DNA of 64,000 nt from positions 186,001 to 250,000 of the forward strand of contig MU058221.1 in assembly GCA_013265495.1 (NCBI GenBank), read 5' to 3'. This DNA is from Vicugna vicugna (taxonomy: Eukaryota). The position numbers and the translations under genes were made by a program. Shown piece by piece: positions 1-12,874 of this stretch (position 1 is the first letter of the stretch; each line of letters starts with the position of its first letter). The notes beneath the pieces are model-generated. The model made no database searches and had not been told where the DNA came from. It saw nothing but the letters and a program-made list of their open reading frames with translations.

Positions 1-1025
1 TTATGAGTATCACATGCATCAACTGATGCAACATGAAAAAACTGTCAAATGTAATTTAACATCTACTTATCTTTTAAAATTCACTTATCCCTTACATATA
101 CATACCAATGGAGGAATAAGAAACACTTAACATCTGGAATGTGTTTTTCACTACTACTTGATACTGTGAGCACATTACAATTCAAGAATTAACTACAAAT
201 AACAAATTCATAGTATCTGGACTTGAATCAGACAACGTTTTTAAAATTATACTCCTGCTAAACTCACTAATAAGCACTTGCTTAGGCCAAGTGTCCTCTT
301 CTCAAGTCTCCTTGCAACACTTATTGTATTTGTCTTTCAAAACCTTTCTTCGCTTTATATAAAAAATAGTTAAGAAATAAACCAAGATAATAATGCGTAA
401 TAAACATTATGAATAAAGTGCTTTAAGTACAATATTACTGGTTATAGCAGTAAACTTTTAAGTACATATATGAAAAAACAAGGCATGGAACAGGGTAGGT
501 AAGTGAGCTTCATTTTCACATTAAAATGGGGCAATATGCAAGTATATATGTGCTTATATAGACATACACATGCACTGCTTCCTTAAGGAAACATCGGAAG
601 TTGGTAGCAATGGTTCCTCTGGGGAAGATGATTTCCTTTTCTCTGTATAAGCTTTTGTATCATTTGACTTTTTTGTCTTTAAATTGTTAAGAATGGATTT
701 TCTTTTGAAATAAAAAACCTAATTAAAACAAAAGTATACTAAAGCTAAAAATAACATTTATTCAGATAAAGTGAAATGCTAATCTTTTTCAGTGATCTGC
801 TATCTTTTTAATATTCTATTATTCATGCAAGACAATCCTCTCATTCAAACACAATCTCAAAAAAAAAGGAAAAAGTTCTGAGTTATATGCAATTCTAGAT
901 GCAACTGCTGTAATTCTAGCTCTGTATCAGAAGAGTAAATGGTAGTGAAATTATTACAAAAATAATCTTTAATCAAGACAATCTCATCATTTAACATCAC
1001 TATTGAAAAACACTGATCTAGAACA

Positions 1026-1226
1026 GAAGCTGGCAAACTTTTTCTGTAAAGGGCCAGACAGTCAGTATTCCAGGCCTGCAAAGCTCCACGGTTGCTACTG
1101 CACGTCCTCAGCTCTACGCTGCAGCATGAAAGCAGCCAGACAACACGTAAGTGCACAAGACGGCTGTCCTCCAAGAAACCCTCGTTACAAAAACAGGCAG
1201 TAGGCTGGTATTTTGCTAATCTCCTA
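1026..1226 (+). mobile_element. MER58-like hAT-Charlie MITE
   Basis: Starts CAGAAGCTGGCAAACTTTTTCTGTAAAGGGCCAGA and contains AAAGCAGCCAGACAAC, typical of MER58A. Confidence 0.75.
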
Positions 1227-2009
1227 GCATACGGAGATAACCTGACATCTAGAAAATGGTACCTCTAAAACTTTCATTAATTTACTGCACTATAAAATGT
1301 TACAAAATGTCCTTTTCTATATTAAACTATTTAAATGAACTATGACCAACATACTTTAGTTGCATGTGCTCAAGGAATGAAGCAACTTTAAACCCAATTT
1401 ATACGAAAGATACAGGAGAAGAAAATTTTGAACCTATTCCCAAGTATCAGAAAAAATTCTCAGGTATTTAAAAAAAAAGAAATTAAAAGATTCTTCACGA
1501 CTACTTGCTTGGTGGCAGGAGAACCAAGCTCTCTCCTTGTATCAAACGGTGTAAGGACAATTAGACTTTTACTGTCATATTTATTCTTTTACGTATCTAA
1601 AGGTGCACACTAGATCCTGACTAGTGAAACAGAAGATGTAAATATTTAAAACAAAACAACCTATCACAGGGTTTGCCTTATTTTTCACAAAAGGTACTAT
1701 TTATAGTGAGATTAATATTATTTATTGAAAGATAACTATTAGTTGCAATAGATAATGGTTATTTAGCTGTGCTTCAGAAATGTATTTGTATCAGAAACCA
1801 TAAAAATATACCTAACTTTTACTGAAGTTAACCTTCCCTGGAAATTTATCTTAAGAACAGTTTAAATGACTTATAGGAACAAAATGTTCATTATCATGGC
1901 ATTATTTATAATAGACAAATTTAGAAATCAAAATGTCTAAAACAGAACTACTTAAATAAATATCAACTATATAGATGAATGAAATATTACTATGATTATT
2001 TTCTACTGT

Positions 2010-3704
2010 AATCAAAAACATATGACAAAATCTACAATCTTAACCATTTTAAGTACACTGCAGTGGTAGTAAGGACAAGCAGATTGCAGTGTAACAGATC
2101 TTTACAACTTTTCCATCTTGCAGAACTGAAACTACACACACTGATCAACAACAACTCACCTCCCCGCACCCTTGGCAACCACCACTCTACTTTCCGTCCC
2201 TAAGAGGTTGACTCCTGTAGATGCCTCACGTAAGAAGAATCACGCAGTATTTATTTAGCTTTTTAAACTGGCTCATGTCACTCAGTCCTCCAGGTTCATC
2301 CACACTGTAGCATTACAGGGTTTCCTTCTTTACCACTGACAGTATTCCATTTTACGTAAATACCACGTTTTCTTTATCCATTCATTGGCTGATGCCCATC
2401 AACAGGCTGCTTCTACCTCTAAGCTATCGCAGTCAATGCTGTGATGAACAAGGGTGTACAAACGGCTCTTCAACTGTTTTCAGTTCTTTAGGTTATATAT
2501 CCAAGAGCGGGGCTGCTGGATCATATAGTAATTCTATCTTTAACTCCTGCAGAAAAATCTCCATATTGTTTTCATAGCAACCGCACCATCTTACATTCCC
2601 ACCAACAGTGTTTCCTTTTCTCTACATATTTAACAACACTAGCAAATTCTGTATTTTTCATAGCAGCCACCCTAATGAGTATGAGGTGATAGTTCACAGT
2701 GGTTTTGATTTGTAACTCCTTGATATCAGTGACGCTGAGCATCTCTTCATGTCTGTTGGCCACTTGCATGTCTCCTTTGAGAAACGTCTATTCCAGGCCT
2801 CTGCCCATTTTCCAGTTGGACTGCTTTTTTGTTGTTGAGTTAAAGGAGCTACTCATGTATTTTGGGTAGTAACCATTTATCACATACATGGTTTGCAAAT
2901 ATTTTCTCCTATTCCATAGGCTGCCTTTTCACTCTGTTGATTAGGCAGCAGCTTTTTAGTTTGATGTAATCCCAATTGTCTATTTTTGTTTTTGTTGCCT
3001 GTGCTTTTCTTTCTTCGGTCCTTTTGAGACTCCATGCGAATTTTAGGATTTTTTTCTATTTCTGCAAAAAATGCCATTGGAATTCTTATAGAGATGCCCT
3101 GCATCTACAGACTGCTTTGGGGTAATATGAACATTCTTAACAATATTAAGCACTGTACTTCATGAACATGGGATATCTTTCCGTTTATTTTCATCTTCAA
3201 CATCCTTCAGCAGTGTTATGTAATTATCGGTGTACAAATCTTTGGCCTCCTTGACTAAGTTTAACCCTAAGTTTTATCCTTTCTGATGCTATTAGAAGTG
3301 TTTTCTAAACATATTTTTTGGACTTTTCATTGCTATGCATAGAAACAGCTGACTCTCATGTAGTGACTTTTTATTATGCAGTTTTGATAGACTTATTAGC
3401 TCTAACAGGGTTTGTGTGAGCGCGTGCACACATACGTGTGTGTAGGTGTAGTCTTCAGGTTTTCCTACATGTAAGATCATACTGTCTGCCAACAGAGATA
3501 ATTTTACTTCTTCCTCTCCTATCTGGATGTCTTTTTACTTCCTTTTCTTGTCTGAACTCTCTGGCTAGGGCTTCCAATACTTCGTTCAATGAAAGTGACA
3601 AGAACAGGCATCCTCGCCTTGTTCCTGGTCTTACAGGGAAAGCTTTCCGTCTTCCACTACTGGACATGATAGCTGTGGTCTTCTCATTTATAGTCATTAC
3701 TGTG
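2010..3704 (-). mobile_element. Old L1, 3'UTR and ORF2 fragment
   Basis: Minus-strand ORF2 remnants (KAFPVRPGTRRGCL, IPMAFFAEIEK, QIKTTVNYHL). Confidence 0.9.
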
Positions 3705-6404
3705 TTCAAACATCCTCAACAAACCCCTAGCAAACTGACTCCAACAATACATTAAAAGGACCATACAGCATGATCGAATGGGATTTATCTCAGAGATACG
3801 AGGACATTTCATTATCTGCAAATCAATCAATGTGATACACCACATTAACAAACCGAAGAATAAAAACCATATGATTATCTTAATAGATGTAGAAAAAGCT
3901 TTTGATAAAATTCAACATCCACTTATGATACAAACTTCAGAAAGTGCGCATAGAGAGAACATACCTCAACATACTGAAGGCCATATATGACAAACCCACA
4001 GCTAACGTCATATTTAATGATGACAAGCTGAAAGCATTTCCTCTAAGATCAGGAACAAGGCAAGGATGCCCAATCTCGTTACTTTTATTCAACATAGTTT
4101 TGGAAGTCCTAGCCACAGCAATCAGAGAAAATAAATAAATAAAAGGAATCCAAACTGGAAATGAAGAAGTAAAACTGTCCCTGTTTGTAGATGACATACT
4201 ATACACAGAAAATCCTATTGAGGGTACCAGAAAACTACGAGCTCATCACTGAATTCAGTAAAGTTGCAGGATACAAAATTAGCTAACAGAACTCAGATGC
4301 AAATCTATACACTAACAAAAAAATTCAGAGACAGAAATTAAGGAAACAATTCCATTTACCATCACATCAAAAATAACAGATACAAAATTGTAAACTGACT
4401 ATACTTCAATTAAAAAAAAAGTTTAAAAATATGAAGAAAAGAGAATCCTTGTGCTCTGTTGGTGGAAATGTAAACTGACGCAGCCACTATGGAGAAGAGT
4501 ATGGACGTTCCTCAAAAAATTAAAAACAGAACCACCATACAATCCAGCAAAAATAAATCAATAAATAAAAAGTAAAACACCTAGGAACAAACCTACGCCA
4601 GGAGGCAAAGGACCTGTACTCCAAAACCTGTAAGAAGCTGATCAAAGAAACGGAAAGTGACACAAAGAGATGGAAAAATACACTGTGTTCTTGGATTAGA
4701 ATAATCAATGTTGCTAAAATGGCCATATTACCCAAGGCAATGTACAGATTCAATGCAATCCCTATCAAATTACCATTGACATTTTTCACAGAACCAGAAC
4801 AAAAAATGTTAAAATTTGTATGGTAACACAAAAGACCCCAAATAACCAAAACAATCTTGAGAAAGAAGAATGGAGCTGGGGGAAATCATGCTCACTGTCT
4901 TCAGACTATATTACAAAGCTACAGTAATCAAAACAGTATGGTACTGGCACAAAAACAGACATAGATCAATGGAACAAGATAGAAAGTCCAGAAATAAACC
5001 CATGCACTTTTGGTCAATTAATCTATGGCAAAGGAGGCAAGAATATACAATGGATAAAAGACAGTCTCTTCAATAAGTGATGCTGGGAAAACTGGATAGC
5101 TACATGTAAAAGAAAGAAATTAGAACATTCTCTAACACCATATACAAAAATAAACGCAAAATGAATTAAAGACCTAAATTTAAGACTGGATACTATAAGA
5201 CTCCTGGAAGAAAATATAGGCAGAACACTCTTTGACATAAATCACAGCAGTATTTTTTTCAAACCCGCTCCTAGAGTAATGGAAGTAAAAGCAAAAATAA
5301 ACAGATGGGACCTAATTAAACTTAAAAGCTTTTGCACAGCAAAGGAAACCATAGTCAAACAAAAAGACAACCTAGAGAATAGGAGAAAATATCTGCAAAT
5401 GACGTAACTGACAAAGGACTGGTTTCCAAAATATACAAACAGCTCACAGAGCTTAATGTAAAAAACACAAACCAACCCAATCAAAAAAGGGGCAGAAGGC
5501 CTAAACAGATATTTCTCCAAAGACATCCAGATGGCCAGCACGAACATGAAGATACTCTACATTGCTAATTATTAGAGAAATGCAAGTCAAAATTACAGTG
5601 GGGTATCACCTCACACCAGTCAGAATGGTCATTATTAAGAAGTCTACAAACAATAAACACTGGAAAGGGTGTGGAGAAAAGGGAACCGTCCTATACTGTT
5701 GGTGGGAATATAATTTGATGCAGCCACTTGGAAAACAGTATGGAGATATTTCAAAAAACTAAAAATAGATTTACCATATAAACCAGCAAACCCACTCTTG
5801 GGCATACATCTGGAGAAAACTCCAATCTGAAAAGATATATTATACACCCCAATGTTCACGGCAGCACTATTTACAATAGCTAAGACATGGAAACTATCTA
5901 AATGTTCACTGACAGATGACTGGATAAAGAAGATGTGGTTTATATATACAATGGAATATTACTCAGCCATAAAAAAGAATGAACTAATGCCTTTTGTAGA
6001 AACATGAACAGACCAAGAAATCATCATATTAAGTGAAGTCAGTCAGACAGAGAAAAAATATCATATAACACCACTTATATGTGGAATCTAAAAACTACAA
6101 AAGATACAAATTTTATTTACAAACCATAAATAGACTCACAGGCATAGAAAACAATGTATGGTTATCAAAGGGGAAAGGTAGGGTGGAGGGATAAATTAGG
6201 AGTTTGGGATGAATAGATACCCATTACTATGTATAAAATAGATAAACAACAAAGACCTACTGTATAGCATAAAGAAGTATATTTAATTTCTTGTAATAAC
6301 ATACATTGTAAAAGAATCTGAAAGAAATACATATCTCTCTCTCTCTCTCTCTCTCTGAATTGTTTTACTATAGACCTGAAACTAACAATATAAATCAACT
6401 ACAC
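3705..6404 (+). mobile_element. Younger L1 (ORF2 RT to 3'UTR) nested in the older antisense L1
   Basis: ORF2 peptides [64 protein letters not shown], then a cetartiodactyl-type 3'UTR. Confidence 0.93.
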
Positions 6405-9400
6405 TTTTGTGACTTTCCATTCTTATTCCTGTTACTCACTTCTAGTCTCACCACACTGTGTTTGGAAAGATACTTGATTTGATTTGAATCTTAATTTGTT
6501 AAGACTCGTTTGTGATCTAACATGGGATCTATGCTGCAGAGTATGCTGTATGTGCTTGAAAAGAATGTATATTCTGCTGCTGTTGGGTAGAACATTCTGT
6601 ATGTTTGCTAGGTCCACTTAGTTTTGTTCAAGATCACTGTCCCCTTAATGATTTTCTGCCTTGATGTTTTATAAATTATTGGAAGTGTGATATTGGTCCC
6701 ATATTATTATTTATTGCTATTTCTCCCTTCAGCTCTGACAATATTTACTTCACATAGTTAGATACTCCAATGTTCAATGCACGTGTACTTACAATTACTG
6801 TACTGTCATGATAAACTGATCCTTCTATATTGTATAATATCCTTCTATTTCTTGTAGTTTTTAACTCAAAATCAGTTTCTCCAAGTAGTGCCACTCCTGC
6901 TCTTTTGTTTACTGTTTGCATGTAATCTTTTTGTAATCTTTTCACTTTCATCCTATACGCACCTTTAAATCTGAGTCTCTTAAGGATAGTATATTGTTGG
7001 ATCTTGTTTTTCTTCAATCCAATCAGCAACTGTATGTCTTCTGATTGTAGAGTATGATCCATTTATATTTAAACTCATAACTGATATTAAAGGACTTACT
7101 ATCACCATTTTAAGATGGCTTTGTGTCTCTTGTAGTTATTTTGTCCCCCTTCCCCTCTTGCTGCCTAGTTTTTTGTTGATTTTTCCGCAGTGACATGTGT
7201 TGGGTCCTGAAAATATTTTCTTTTTCATATCTTCTATAGGTATTTTCTCTGTGTTTACCATGGGGTTATAAAAAACATCTAATTCTAAAAATCTATTTTA
7301 AACTGGTAATCTAATTTCAATCACATACAAGAACTCTACTCCTTTATATCTCCCCCTACACTTTTTGTTATTGATGTCACAAATTACATTTTAAAATTCT
7401 GTATCCCTTAAGATAATGTTAGTTTTTTTTGTGCTTTTATGTATTAAATTCTACACCTGAAAGAAAAGTGATTTTCAGATGACTCTTACAGTATTACAGG
7501 ATTCCTCATTTATCTATATATTTATTTTTACCCAATAACTTTGTATTTTTGTATGCTTCATGCTACTGTCTAGCATCCTTTCATTTCAACTTGAAAGACA
7601 TCTTTAGCAATTTCTGTAAGGCAGGTTGAAGGCGAACTCCTTCAGCTTTCTTTATATGAGGTCTTTATTTCTCCTTCATACGTGAAGGACAGTTTTGCTG
7701 GATACGGTAATTTCTGTTGGCAGTTTCCTTCTTTCAGCACTTCATATATATCATGCTACTCCCTTCTGGCCAGTAGTATTTCTGTTGAGAAATCGCCTGT
7801 TAATCTTATGGGGCTCCCTTGTACATAATAAGGTGATTCTGTCTTGTGGCTTTCTAAATTCTTTCTTTGCATTTATAAAGTTTGATTACAATGTGTCTCA
7901 GTGTAAGCTTCTTTGGGATCACACTTGTTGGGGTCTTTTGATCTTCTTGAAGGTGAATATCCATTTCCTTCCTCAGATTGGTGAGTTTTTGGCCATGACA
8001 TCTTCAGATAAGCTCTCTGCCCTAGTCTGCCACTCTTCTATTTCTCAGATTCCCATAATGTCTATGTTGTTCTGCTTGACAGCATCACATAAATCCCTTA
8101 GGCCTTCTTCACTTTTCTTTGTTCTTTTTCCTTTTTGTTACTCTGACTTGGTAATTTCAATGACCAGTCTTTGAGGTCACCGCTTGTTTATTCTGCTTGA
8201 CTGTCCGCTCCAGTGAGTTTTTCAGTTTGGTTACTGTATTCTTCAGTTCCAGAACCTCTGTTTCTTTTTAAAAACAGTTTCTATCTCTGTTGATATTCTT
8301 TGTTCACTTATCATCTCCCTGATTTCTTTAGTCTGTGTTCTCTTACGATACATTTAGCTTTTTTAAGAGGAGTATTCTGAATTCTCCATCAGATAATTTA
8401 CAGACCTCTGTTCCTCTGAGTTTGGACATAGAGATTTATTTCGGTCCTTTGACTGGGTCACGTTTCCCTGTTCCTTCATGTGTCTGATTATTTTTTCTTT
8501 GTGTTTTGTGTACCTGAAAATGCACTTCAGGGAAATTTCTCCCCCATATTAAACTGTTCTCCTTAAGTGCATTTCAGTCAGTCTGGCTGGAGATTCCCAG
8601 TCGGGTCATGGGGGAAAGAGTGTCTTCTCAAACCTTGCATGGAGGATGCACCTTCTTTGGGCTTCTATATGGAATTTCCCAATTCGAGAGGTTTGTGGGT
8701 TTCTTTTTCAGGAGTTTGTGGTTGGTCCATCTGGTGTTTAAATTACTGCAGGCTTTCTGGCTCTGCAGCAAGCTGCTTAGATCTCTCTTGTCCTCTGTGG
8801 CCCTCAGGCACCCAAGGTTTGATGGTCCCTATCAGTGCTCTGGGATAGACAAGACAGAAACGAGTCCCCCAAAAGCTGGAACGCATGTTCCAATCTTTTC
8901 CCTTCTCAATGGAGAAGCCAGCAGTTGAGTATTTTTCTCTCCATCAAAAGCAGTGCTGACTTGTGGGAGGGGCTGATGCAGTGGTAATAAAATGGCTTTC
9001 CTTATCCATTAAAATGTAGCTATTCTGGGCTTTGAGTCTGTCTGGTGTACTACAACTTCCTAACTGATTTCTGGAGGACTCATAAAGGTTTCTTGGAAAG
9101 TATGTTTTTTTTCCTTTTTTTTTCTTAACTTTTTTTTATTGATTTATAATCATTTTACAATGTTGTGTCAAACTCCAGTGTTCAGCACAATTTTTCAGTC
9201 ATACATGGACATATACACACTCATTGTCACATTTTTTTCTCTGTCAGCTACCATAACATTTTGTGTCTATTTCCCTGTGCTATACAGTATAATCTTGCTT
9301 ATCTATTCTCCAATTTTGAAATCCCAGTCTATTCCTTCCCATCCCCCGCCCCCCGGCAACCACAAGTCTGCACTCTCTGTCTGTGAGTCTATTTCTGTCC

Positions 9401-9495
9401 TGTATTTGGAAAGTGTGTTCTTGTTAAGCTGATGTCTCTGTGGGGGAACGAGGTCTGTGGCTTCTTATTCTTCTATTTTGCTGCCATCACTCCCA
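6405..9495 (-). mobile_element. Old L1, endonuclease/ORF1/5' portion (likely the same element as 2010-3704)
   Basis: EN-domain remnants on the minus strand (NKRAGVALL), ORF1-like region ~7600-8400, L1 5'-end-like sequence near 9470-9495. Confidence 0.75.
9107..9405 (-). mobile_element. Young 5'-truncated L1 3' end with target-site duplication
   Basis: Poly-T head and camelid-type 3'UTR. TSD TTGGAAAGTATGTT (9093-9106) / TTGGAAAGTGTGTT (9406-9419). Confidence 0.85.
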
Positions 9496-9803
9496 ACATA
9501 TTTTTAAAAATTAAAAGCTACTTAAAAATGCAGATAAATGCTTATGAAAATAGCAAGTAAAAAAGCAGAATTTGATATTACTGATTGATTTTCACTATAT
9601 ATCTCTATTATAAACAGTAAATGAGACATACACAAAAATAAAAAAGGAAATCAGTTATGTTAGTGTGGTCACACAGGTGATGCTAATTTTTTCCTATAAA
9701 TCTGTTTAGTATTAGTATTAATAGTTAAAAAGACTACAGTGCTGATTTTTTTCACTATTAAACTTCTACAAAAAATGTAAATTTTGAAATTAATATTACT
9801 TAC

Positions 9804-9919
9804 CTAGTATTTAATTGCTTCTTTATAATTTCTAAGTTTACTGGTGGAAATGAAATAGAAGCATCAAACTTCTTCACTGTTTGAGAGTCACTGCTGTGAG
9901 AAAGATCTATGTCTCTTCC
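9804..9919 (-). CDS. GCFC2: GCFC2 coding exon 5, 116 nt; gene continues beyond the left edge
   Basis: Acceptor TTTCTAG|GGA, donor TAG|GTAAGT. Translates [38 protein letters not shown](R). No exon 6 recognised in 1-9800. Confidence 0.95.
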
Positions 9920-10587
9920 CTAGAAATAATATGAAAATTTGTGTTGTTATCACCATCCATTAATCTTACAAATATTAACAGCATGAAAGGAGGTTGGATA
10001 CATCAAGATCTTACCAGCTCAAAATTCCATGCCTTTGACATTTTTCACAGTTGGAATAAAATCTTTTTAAAATTCTCACACAGTTTTAAAATTTAGAACT
10101 TTAAATCCACATGCAAGAGGCAAATTGCAAAATCTTATTTTTCATAGAAGCTTGGTTCTCAGTGTTTTTAAAGCTAATTCTGTTTATGGTCTAATATACT
10201 CTCAAAACATCAAATACCTGTTTTCTACGATAGAAGTTGCCACCTAACTCCAGTCTACTCAGAGGAAATCAAATGGAAGTCTTCTAGTGGGTTTTCTCGG
10301 TAAAGCGTTTAATTTTATTTAAGCTACTATTATTTGGATTTTGTTACTTTATCCTCTTTTGCCCCCAAACCCTAAACATCTTTCAAAGACTCATTCAAAT
10401 TTTACCAGGTTTTTCAAAACCTCATCTACCTTCTCACCTACAAACCTGATCACTCACTTGCTCCATTGTGCCATCTCAGGGCACTGAACACAATTGTCAC
10501 AGAACTTGCAAGATTTTACCGTAATTATTTTTATCTGTCCTTCCCCTGTAAAGATTGCACATCCTCTTGTCTACCACTGTTAAGTGG

Positions 10588-11030
10588 CTATAGTGGCTAC
10601 CAAGTGATATAAAAAGAGAGGTTCAGGTGCTAGTATCCCAAACCTGTGAGTATCACCTTGAGTGGCAAAAGATGTGAGTAAGCTAAGAATCTGGAGAGGA
10701 GCTTATCCCGGATTATCCAGATGGGTCCTAACTGGAATTAAACATACCCTCATAGGGCAGAGGGAAAGGAAGTTTTGGGATGCAGGAAAATGAGGTCATT
10801 GAAGATGGAGTAGAGAGATGTAGCTACATGCGAAGGAATGCCAACAGCCCCCAGGGGTTAGAGTAGTGAAGGAATAGATTATCCTCTAGAGCTTTTCGGA
10901 CGGAGTATAGATAATCCAACTCCTTGATTCTGGACTTCTGGCCTCCAGAAGAGTGAGAAAATAGAATTCTGTTGTTTTTAGCCATTCACTTTGTAGTAAT
11001 TTGTTACAGCAGTCACAAGAAACAAATACT
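10588..11030 (+). mobile_element. MaLR solo LTR (MLT1-like)
   Basis: Motifs GGATTATCCAGATGGGTCCTAA, GACTTCTGGCCTCCAGAA and a 3' end TAATTTGTTACAGCAG...AAACAAATAC. Confidence 0.85.
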
Positions 11031-11548
11031 GTGGCATGCAGTAAATCTTTAACAAAGGAATCAGTAAATGCACCCACATTAGTAATAAAAATGCAAATCA
11101 AATAAACTTTTTGAGATTCCATTCTCACCAACTAAACCTTCACCTAAAGCTGGTAAGATTATTGTGAAACACTCCCTTAATATCGGTGGCACTACAGATT
11201 GATTTAAAATTTCTCTAGAAAGCAACAAAGAAAAATACAGTTAAGTGCCATTAAAATGTTCATCTTCTTTATTAGTAATACCATTCTTGGCCATTACCTA
11301 AAGAGAGTAGTTGAAAAAACACATCAGAAGAAAAGAAAAAGAAGGAAGGAAAAAAACCAAGCAAATATTTACCAATTCTTACCAATAATGGCAAAAATAT
11401 TCAGATTGCATATAACCTAAAATGTTCGCTAAAAAAAAAGGCTCAAAAAATTACAATTAATCTACTCCAATAAATACGCAACTTTAAAAATCAGTCGTTA
11501 TTTTAATTATGTAGGAACGGGGAATCAGAATTCAAAACTATATGCATA

Positions 11549-12068
11549 TTGTGGTTCCCAAACTGTGTACCAAACTATTCCAATGAACTCAAATGGGCGC
11601 TGTGAGATATTTTAAATTTTTTTAGTGAAACATAACAATATTCAGTATTTGTTGGAACTACTAGTTCTAAACAGTTCAGTTTCAATATTAGATTGTGCTA
11701 CATTCCTTCTGATAGTCTTACTAGTGAAGCTGGGTTTCTGGTAAACGAAAAAAAAAGTAATGACTAAAAATCAACGTGAAAGTGGAGGTGGGATCGCAGC
11801 GTCCAATCGGATTCCAAGGTACGACAAGTCACGCAACGTTCAACAGGTGGACACATCCCACTGTGGTTACTAAGTAAAAATATTTTTTCTTCAATTTATC
11901 TGTAGTATTTTTTCTAAATAGCTACTAAGTGATTAGGAAATGACCTAATTAAATTCTACGGAACTAACTACTTAATAAATGGAATTGCTTTGTAATTCTT
12001 TTGGCCTGGGGTTCCATAAGATTACTGAGACACTAAGAGCTCCATGAATGAGAGTCTGGGAAACTCTG
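11549..12068 (+). mobile_element. hAT-Charlie family DNA transposon fragment
   Basis: Imperfect TIRs GTGGTTCCCAAACT / AGTCTGGGAAACTC and an internal transposase-3'-like stretch (GTGAAGCTGGGTTTCT, ACACATCCCACT). Confidence 0.65.
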
Positions 12069-12874
12069 ATGTACACTATGACAGCAAGTCAACAAATACT
12101 TCAAATAAAAAGAAATTATGCAAACTCAAGCAGTTAAGAGTAAGGACTACAGCATGTTTTTTTCTCAAAGTACTGTTTAAATCCGTTACTATACTGAGTT
12201 CACTAAAAACAGAGGGGGACATCAAGCCTATTATAATCACAGAGTCAAAATCGTTTCTCTGGTCAGAGATTTCTAAATTACAACCAAAGGCTTACCTTAG
12301 TTTTTTAGTTTTAATAACATGAAGGTCTTACAATACTTTCTTGCTTAGAAGAGTAAAAAATCTTTCAAAGCATTCCTATTAAAAAGATTAAATATAAAAC
12401 CCTGCATTTGTTATACAATTTATAAGCACTTGGATTTAGATTAATCATTTTGAGCCTTACAGCCATCTATTCAGGTAGCAGCACTATCACTCCCACATTA
12501 TTGATGAGAAAACTGAGATTTAGAAAAATTAAATGACTTGCTCAAAGCCATACAAGCATTTATTGAGCACTCATAATATTAGGCACTGTGGAATATAACA
12601 CTAAAAAAAAAGTTAATAATTCTTGACCTTATGGAGAGTGTATTTTAGTGGTAGAGCCAGAACCCAAATCCAGCACTTGTGACCCCAAATATAGTATTTC
12701 TTTTGTTTGCTTGTTAGTTTTAATTCTATTTATTTGTTTAAGCTTCACATTTAATAAGCATTTACCATATAATATATTGTCAGTTATCATAAAATAAAGA
12801 TATGATTACCCCAAGCAGCTTACAATATGTGGAGAGTACCTATAATCTAGTGGGAAAAGAACGTAATTCACATG

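Noticed and set aside
3778..5762. Functional reverse transcriptase
   Set aside because: L1 ORF2 is fragmented by stops, frameshifts and an insertion.
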